The notes under the pieces were generated by a model, which ran no database searches, was not told the DNA's origin, and was given only the letters and a program-made list of their open reading frames with translations. Shown piece by piece: positions 7,191-13,134 of a DNA stretch of 13,134 nt; within the stretch, counting starts at the first letter, position 1, and each line of letters begins with the position of its first letter. This DNA comes from Candidatus Heimdallarchaeota archaeon. Lineage in GTDB: Archaea; Asgardarchaeota; Heimdallarchaeia; JABLTI01. The stretch covers positions 1-13,134 of the forward strand of contig JAHLVW010000035.1 of the NCBI GenBank assembly GCA_019058275.1, in the 5' to 3' direction. The position numbers were made by a program, and so were the translations under genes.

Positions 7191-7955
7191 TCACTTATGT
7201 TGATATGACATAGTCCATTTCTCGTCTCCTTCCCAAGAATCAAAAATATGACCATATCCTTCACTTCTACATAATCTTTCTATACCAATCATAATATTTT
7301 GTTGTGTTTTATAATTGCCAGTATCAAGAATTTCCAATAACATTTTTAGAAATTACTTAGAAGACCAAGGTATTTTTTTAAATGGATATTTTTCTAGATC
7401 ACTTTCTAAGTATTTTGAATAAGGCTTTATTCTTCCTCCATGCAAAACAAATAACACATATAACAATAAATCAATGGATTCAGCTGCCTGAAGTCTATAT
7501 GCTAAGTTATTTTCATCTCTAAATGCTTTCATAGATCGATATACAGTATTAATATAAGCATCTAATGTACCTTCAATAAATTGTTTTAAATGTTTTACAG
7601 GAATTTTACCTTTTTCATTGATAATATTTTGTATTTTTCCGTCTGTTTTATCTACTAAGGCTTTTACATTTGAATAGGAATATCTAGCCCATGCAAATTC
7701 ACTTCCCCATTCTGCATATTTTTCAAATTCATTAATTGTTAAAGCTGAGCAATCAAAATCATCATGTTTGTTCATTTCTTCCATTTTTTCTTTGTATTTG
7801 TCAATAGTTTCATCTTTAACAATTAGTTGAAAGTCATAATCTGAATATTCTTTGTAAAATCCTTTACCTCGTGAACCAAGGAGAACTAGACCCAAGATAT
7901 TAGGATCATTTCTTACTTCCATTAAAAATGTGGCAAATACAACATCACTTTTCAT
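7191..7955 (-). pseudogene. Pol-beta-superfamily nucleotidyltransferase (with helical C-terminal domain) interrupted by an in-frame TAA
   Basis: LLGSRGKG....SDYD catalytic motif. After the TAA at 7353-7355 the same frame continues 53 codons (FLKMLLEILDTGNYKTQQNIMIGIERLCRSEGYGHIFDSWEGDEKWTMSYQHK) to a TGA at 7191, 3 nt from the convergent GNAT stop. Confidence 0.75.
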
Positions 7956-7974
7956 AAATGTATATTTGATTTGA

Positions 7975-7983
7975 TATATTAAA
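7975..7983 (-). promoter_or_regulatory. Putative TATA box, leaderless-type spacing
   Basis: TTTAATATA on the - strand starting 28 nt before ATG 7955; no SD visible. Confidence 0.5.
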
Positions 7984-8017
7984 AAATTATTTTAGATGAA
8001 TGGTTAAACTTGCAAAA

Positions 8018-8917
8018 TTACTCTCTTAGAATAGGGCAAGTCATACAATGTGGACCTCCCCCACCTTTTACTAGTTCAGTGCCCTTAATTGGAATTACTT
8101 CAATATTCCTTTTTTCGAGCTCATAAATTATTCTAGTATTCCATTCATAACTAATAACTTTCCCTGGTTCTATTGCAAAGATGTTTGGACCAAATGCTTT
8201 AGTTTCCTCTCGAGAGACAGAAACAAATTCAAATCCCTTTTCCCTTAAATAATTCGTGAAATATGTTCTTCGGATTCCATCCCTTTTGATTATAGAAACT
8301 TCTTTTACTGAAAGAGATGGTTCATGGATAACACAAATACCATTATCAACTATCATAAATGCTCCATCAAGATGTACACGATAATCTGCTAAAGGAATGC
8401 AAACTATCTCTTCTATAGCTCTATCTTGAAATCCTTGTATAAATTGCTGTAATCCTTCATGATTTGAACGTGGACCATAACCAACTGCAACAGTTTTATT
8501 ATCAATATATAATATATCTCCACCCTCTAGTTTCCCAGGTTCAGAGATTTCCATGTAAACTGGTATGTGCTTTTTCAAAGCTTCTTTAGCAATAAATGGT
8601 TCAGAAGCTCTACCTTCAACAGCCATATTCATAATTATTAATCCTTGATTTGAGACCGAAACAATGTCTCGAGTATAGAGCATGTTTGGATACTTGATTT
8701 CACCATGAAAATCTTTAAAGAAAACTACATTAACACCTTCTTTTTGCAGAATTTTAGCGAAATCATCAAATTCTTGTTGAAGACATGGTAAATCAGGAAT
8801 TGTTCTAAATTTGTAATGATCAAGTGTTCTTGAAGTAATTTTTTTTATTTCCTCACCCGGTCGATGCATAAGTACTGTATGAAGTTTTTCTATCTCAGAA
8901 CTAATACCAAATTTCAT
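8018..8917 (-). CDS. Arginine deiminase/amidinotransferase (pentein) family protein, short form
   Basis: SEIEKLHTVLMHRPGEE, NMLYTRD, LEGGD, VHLD, ELVKGGGGPHCMTCPILRE (catalytic Cys, His and Asp present). ATG 8917 is preceded by GGGG; alternative TTG 8929. Confidence 0.88.
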   Translation of the reverse strand: MKFGISSEIEKLHTVLMHRPGEEIKKITSRTLDHYKFRTIPDLPCLQQEFDDFAKILQKEGVNVVFFKDFHGEIKYPNMLYTRDIVSVSNQGLIIMNMAVEGRASEPFIAKEALKKHIPVYMEISEPGKLEGGDILYIDNKTVAVGYGPRSNHEGLQQFIQGFQDRAIEEIVCIPLADYRVHLDGAFMIVDNGICVIHEPSLSVKEVSIIKRDGIRRTYFTNYLREKGFEFVSVSREETKAFGPNIFAIEPGKVISYEWNTRIIYELEKRNIEVIPIKGTELVKGGGGPHCMTCPILRE

Positions 8918-8943
8918 TACAAACCCCAATAATGTATTTAGCT

Positions 8944-9831
8944 TTAATCTTTAAGAACTTCATGAAGCTTGCTTTTCAGAATATTTTGTGTTTTTTCATA
9001 ACTAGCTATCAATAATCTTGACAAGTCAATTTCTTTAGTTGTTAGTAATGAAGCCTTCTTATCAAATTGATGTTTGTTCGTACTTCTAAGCAAATCCAAT
9101 ATATCATTTAATCGAACATTTGATTTTCTTTGCCAAAAGTTATCTAATTTCAATCTTTCATTTTTATGATGTTTCTTAATATCGAAACCTTTAGTAGCTT
9201 CACTAATTCTCTCCTTCTCTATTGCTTGTAAATCAATAAATTGTTTTAAGACCTCAATAAATTCTAGTCTTGATTTACCCCTTAAATGAAAGATTAAGAA
9301 TGGATTTTCTTCAAACATATCAGCAAGAATGTAATATACAGCAGCAGTATGCTTACAAGGATTAACCCAATCAGAGCAATTACAAGCAGCTGTTAAATCT
9401 TCCTTCAAACCAGGGAATAATTGAAAATTGAATCTATTGAACAATTCTTCGATATTTGATGGAAAATTATTCATTAGCAAATTGGATAGAACAAGAGAGT
9501 TTTGTGCCATCTCTTTAAAAATCGCTTTCCATTGATCTTCAGATAAAACTTCTAATTTTATTGTTACGGTGTAAGGTTTGATTTTAGTCCCCTGTACTTT
9601 TGATTGAATTAATCCCTTAGAAATAGCTAGCTCTTTAATCTGTCCTTCTTTAGCATAATATCTTCCTTGAACTATTCTTTTATCATTTTCCAGATATTCT
9701 AGTGACTGCAGCCATCTTTTGGACCACCAAGTATTTCCAAAGGTACCATCTAGACTTTTTGGTTTAATACCATCTTTTACTTTCCTTAGTTTTGATTGAA
9801 AGTGTTTAAGTCTTGTATTAGAATTAACCAA
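8944..9831 (-). CDS. SWIM zinc finger protein (SNF2-associated type)
   Basis: FGNTWWSKRWL, R..QGRYYAKEGQI, VQGT...PYTV and SWIM motif CNCSDWVNPCKH (9349-9384), then NPFLIFHLRG. Confidence 0.92.
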   Translation of the reverse strand: MVNSNTRLKHFQSKLRKVKDGIKPKSLDGTFGNTWWSKRWLQSLEYLENDKRIVQGRYYAKEGQIKELAISKGLIQSKVQGTKIKPYTVTIKLEVLSEDQWKAIFKEMAQNSLVLSNLLMNNFPSNIEELFNRFNFQLFPGLKEDLTAACNCSDWVNPCKHTAAVYYILADMFEENPFLIFHLRGKSRLEFIEVLKQFIDLQAIEKERISEATKGFDIKKHHKNERLKLDNFWQRKSNVRLNDILDLLRSTNKHQFDKKASLLTTKEIDLSRLLIASYEKTQNILKSKLHEVLKD

Positions 9832-9835
9832 GGAA

Positions 9836-12800
9836 TCATGACTCTCCTAAAGTAATTTTTCTTAGACTAAGAACATTTCTTAGTTGATCAATGGACATTT
9901 CAGTAAGCCAGGATTCATCTGTTCCAATAATACTCTCAGCCAGTTCTTTTTTCTGCTCAATTAATTTATCGATATTCTCTTCGAGAGTTCCTACACTAAT
10001 GAATTTGTGAACAAAGACATTTTTCTCTTGACCAATTCTGAATGCTCTGTCTGTTGCTTGGTTCTCAACAGAAGGATTCCACCATCTGTCAAAGTGAAAG
10101 ACATGATTTGCAGCAGTAAGATTCAAACCTACTCCACCAGCTTTAATTGAAAGAATAAATATTTTTGGACCTTCATCCGCAACAGTATCTTGGAATTGTT
10201 TAATCATTTCTTCTCTTTGTTTTTGAGGGGTTCCTCCGTGTAAGAAAAGAACTTCAGTTTTAAGCTCTTTCTCAAGATATTTCTGTAACATTTCTCCTAA
10301 TTGCGAATATTGTGTGAAAATCAAAGTCTTTTCATTATTTTCAATAACTTCAGTTAACATTTCAGTAAGTCTGTTGAGCTTGCCAGAGCGATCTTTTAAT
10401 TGAGCGTTTGCATCATGCATAAACTGTGCTGGATGGTTACAAATTTGCTTTAATTTGGTTAAAGCTGAGAGAATCAAACCCTTTCTATGAATACCTTGTA
10501 AGCCACTTACTCTTTTCATCATATCTTTAACAACAGCTTCATACAAAACACATTGTTCTTCGGTCATAGAACAATAAATCTTAGATTCAACCTTCTCTGG
10601 TAAATCCTCAATAATTGTAGGATCAGTTTTCAATCTTCGAAGAATTAGTGGTTGAATAATGCGAGCTAGTTCGTTCACACTTTGAGTGTTCCGATTGTTT
10701 TCTATTGGATTAATATAATTCTCTCTGAAATTCTTTGGTGATCCTAAATATCCAGGATTCAAGAAATCCATTATTGACCATAATTCGGAAAGTCGATTCT
10801 CAATAGGTGTTCCTGTTAATGCTATGCGATAATCACCTTTTAATTTCTTAATTTTGCGTGTTTGTTTTGCAAAGGGGTTTTTAATATTTTGAGCTTCATC
10901 TACAACAATATTCGACCACTGAATCTGAGATAAAAAGTCAAAATCACGAAGAGCTAAACTATAAGTTGTAATTATAATATCATAGTTGAGAGTATTATCT
11001 GTGAATTCATTATTTTGTCTTCTCTTAGGGCCATGATGGATTATAGTAGATAAAGATGGAGCAAATCGTTGGATTTCTCTTAACCAATTACCCAAAATTG
11101 ATGTTGGACATATGATTATTGTTGGAGTTGCATCTGGATTATTATTCCACTCATGTAAAAGATAAGCAATAACCTGAATCGTTTTTCCTAAACCCATATC
11201 ATCTGCTAAGCATGCACCTAATCCGAATTGCTTAAGATAAAGTAACCAGGAGTAACCTTTCTTTTGATAGGGTCGTAACAATCCCCTGAAATTTACAGGT
11301 GTATCAATATTTTCTATTCTACTTCTTTCAATAACTCTCTTGATATTATCAATAAATGAACCTTTGATTTCTAAATCAAAATCTGTTGTTCTGGATACAA
11401 ATTCCTCAGCTTCAAGTTGGAGGAGTTCATTAATAGTGAGATTATTGTAATATTCTCTAAAGAAATCTAAGGCTTTTTCCAATTCCTCTTGGTCAAGCTT
11501 TAGCCATTTACCTCTGAATTGAACAAATGGTACTTTTAATGTGGACAATTTCTCAAATTCTTCAGCAGTTAATTTCATATCATTTATCGAAAATTGCCAA
11601 TTGAAATCAATCAAATTGCTAAATCTAAAGAAACCATATGGAGTAGGAGAAGTTAATTCCTGATTATCATCCTCTAATGTTAAACCAATAAGACTATTGG
11701 GATTTTTCCACCAAGCAGGAAGAACAACGCCAAAACCATTTTCTTCTAATTGAGAGGAATAATTCACCAAAAATTCTAGGGCTTCACTATTAGATAAATC
11801 AATATTTGATGGAAAAGTAGTTTCTAAACAGTCACTGATTTTAGGATAATGTTTGGATGCTTCACCTAAATCCTTTAATAATTTCACACGAGGATCCTCG
11901 AAACGTTCTTGTAAATAGGATATTGTCCCAGTTTTGCTTTTCCAGATATCTTCAGCAGGAACAATAATACTGATATCCTCTTTATTTTGCAAATAGAAAT
12001 TTATTTGCCATCTATCTTCACCTTTATCTAGATTTGGTGGAACTAACTTAAAGCATGTACGAAAGTGATCTTTTTGTTGCTCAAAGAATTGCTTTTTTTG
12101 CCAAGCTTGAATTAACCCATAGAAATAAGCAAAATCCTGATTGATGCATTCTATAACAGGTTCTTCTGGATCAAATAATGATTTGAACCAAGCTTGGATT
12201 AGTTCATTACTTCTTTCAGAGTCACTAAAATCTTGTGAAGGAATGAAAACTGATAGTTTTCGACGAATAAAGGAATTGATTATTTGATTAATGAAGCTGA
12301 GAACAATTTTATCTGAGGAATATTCCTTACCAAATAGAGAATTACAGTAAGCAGGTATGGAATTTACTAGCATATTGAATAATTTAAAATCATTATCTTG
12401 GATGATAGCTTCCCAGTTCCCTGTAAAAATAGTTCGTGATGAATCTTGTCCATAGAGCTTAATTGATGGAATATATGAGTTCTTCATAACGAGTTCTAAA
12501 CAGAACTTTGCCACATCAACCCAGAATCCTAAGGAGTTACTGTACATCAATCCATCAGGTGGTGTATTTGGGATAGATAAAAGAAATTCAAAAGCATCAG
12601 TTGGATGTAAGTTTAGTGTGTTAATCTGCCAATGACTGAATTTTACATTGCTATTTTGATCATTTAAATTCTCAACTGATAAAACAGGAAAATTTTGTTT
12701 AGTTGGAAGTTTCATAACTAACCAATTAGGTTCAATGATGTTTATCTTACTAGTACTAAAATCATTAATTGTTTTTAGAATTTCAAGTAATCTACTAAAA

Positions 12801-12934
12801 CTCGCTGTGTAAGGATGAGTTTTATCTACCTTACTTAAAGCTATATCATCTGAGATTTTTTTCTTTAATTTTGAAGTATTCTCTGCCCAAATGTGCAGGT
12901 TATTAGTATCCCAAATAGAATGTAAAACTTCCAA
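9836..12934 (-). CDS. SNF2/SWI2-family DEAD/DEAH-box ATPase
   Basis: LRPYQ, LADDMGLGKT (Walker A), DEAQ (Walker B), TGTPIEN, LRRLK, SIKAGGVGLNLT, QATDRAFRIGQ; long N-terminal region with VVLPAWW typical of the SWIM-linked prokaryotic SNF2 group. TTG start with AGGAG at 12943-12947. Confidence 0.96.
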   Translation of the reverse strand: MEVLHSIWDTNNLHIWAENTSKLKKKISDDIALSKVDKTHPYTASFSRLLEILKTINDFSTSKINIIEPNWLVMKLPTKQNFPVLSVENLNDQNSNVKFSHWQINTLNLHPTDAFEFLLSIPNTPPDGLMYSNSLGFWVDVAKFCLELVMKNSYIPSIKLYGQDSSRTIFTGNWEAIIQDNDFKLFNMLVNSIPAYCNSLFGKEYSSDKIVLSFINQIINSFIRRKLSVFIPSQDFSDSERSNELIQAWFKSLFDPEEPVIECINQDFAYFYGLIQAWQKKQFFEQQKDHFRTCFKLVPPNLDKGEDRWQINFYLQNKEDISIIVPAEDIWKSKTGTISYLQERFEDPRVKLLKDLGEASKHYPKISDCLETTFPSNIDLSNSEALEFLVNYSSQLEENGFGVVLPAWWKNPNSLIGLTLEDDNQELTSPTPYGFFRFSNLIDFNWQFSINDMKLTAEEFEKLSTLKVPFVQFRGKWLKLDQEELEKALDFFREYYNNLTINELLQLEAEEFVSRTTDFDLEIKGSFIDNIKRVIERSRIENIDTPVNFRGLLRPYQKKGYSWLLYLKQFGLGACLADDMGLGKTIQVIAYLLHEWNNNPDATPTIIICPTSILGNWLREIQRFAPSLSTIIHHGPKRRQNNEFTDNTLNYDIIITTYSLALRDFDFLSQIQWSNIVVDEAQNIKNPFAKQTRKIKKLKGDYRIALTGTPIENRLSELWSIMDFLNPGYLGSPKNFRENYINPIENNRNTQSVNELARIIQPLILRRLKTDPTIIEDLPEKVESKIYCSMTEEQCVLYEAVVKDMMKRVSGLQGIHRKGLILSALTKLKQICNHPAQFMHDANAQLKDRSGKLNRLTEMLTEVIENNEKTLIFTQYSQLGEMLQKYLEKELKTEVLFLHGGTPQKQREEMIKQFQDTVADEGPKIFILSIKAGGVGLNLTAANHVFHFDRWWNPSVENQATDRAFRIGQEKNVFVHKFISVGTLEENIDKLIEQKKELAESIIGTDESWLTEMSIDQLRNVLSLRKITLGES

Positions 12935-12995
12935 CTAATTTGCTCCTAACTAAATCTAAAGCAGACTATTTTGTAACTCTTTTATCACTTTTTTA

Positions 12996-13004
12996 ATTAT
13001 TAAA
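12996..13004 (-). promoter_or_regulatory. Putative TATA box for the SNF2 operon
   Basis: TTTAATAAT on the - strand about 60-70 nt upstream of the start; weak evidence in AT-rich DNA. Confidence 0.3.
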
Positions 13005-13134
13005 TACTGGTAAGATTGACATATTGCCTAAAAATGGACAGTCTTGCATGGATAATTAGTAGCTAAAAAAATGAAAAGACACTTATCTCAGATTTTACTT
13101 AACATCTACTTCAAAATGCAATAAAGATTAAATA

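Noticed and set aside
7043-7264. 73-aa minus ORF
   Set aside because: Antisense to the GNAT 3' half and out of frame with the nucleotidyltransferase tail.
5068-7355. Stop-codon recoding (pyrrolysine or alternative genetic code) to explain the internal TAG and TAA
   Set aside because: TAA, TAG and TGA all terminate intact genes in this window, and single-base nonsense changes explain both cases.
9836-12934. SNF2 as part of a named anti-phage system or as RapA/HepA
   Set aside because: No methylase, nuclease or other defence partner in the window, and the architecture fits the SWIM-associated SNF2 group.
1-13134. CRISPR arrays, tRNA/rRNA, IS elements
   Set aside because: No regularly spaced repeats, GC-rich structured RNA segments, transposase ORFs or terminal inverted repeats were seen by eye.

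Overview
AT-rich prokaryotic window that looks archaeal, from TTTAATA(T)A-type TATA boxes, GGTGA/GAGG ribosome-binding sites, frequent TTG starts and one probable leaderless gene. An Asgard-type lineage is plausible but is inference only. Left to right: (1) a + strand operon encoding the C-terminus of an RlmN/Cfr-like radical SAM protein, an isochorismatase-family cysteine hydrolase and a thioredoxin-reductase-like flavoprotein lacking CxxC, followed by an acetamidase/formamidase; (2) a GT8-like/flavin-reductase fusion (-) and ogt (+); (3) a ~500-nt 'intergenic' stretch hiding a decayed acetyl-CoA synthase beta (CdhC)-like fragment and an uncalled 37-aa ORF with its own putative promoter, leader hairpin and terminator; (4) an alpha/alpha-barrel squalene-cyclase/prenyltransferase-like protein (-), a frameshifted RimJ/RimL GNAT (+) and a nucleotidyltransferase with an internal TAA (-); (5) a - strand SNF2 ATPase / SWIM zinc finger / short arginine-deiminase-family operon. 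No rRNA, tRNA, CRISPR array or mobile element was seen. All family calls are by motif recognition; no searches were run.
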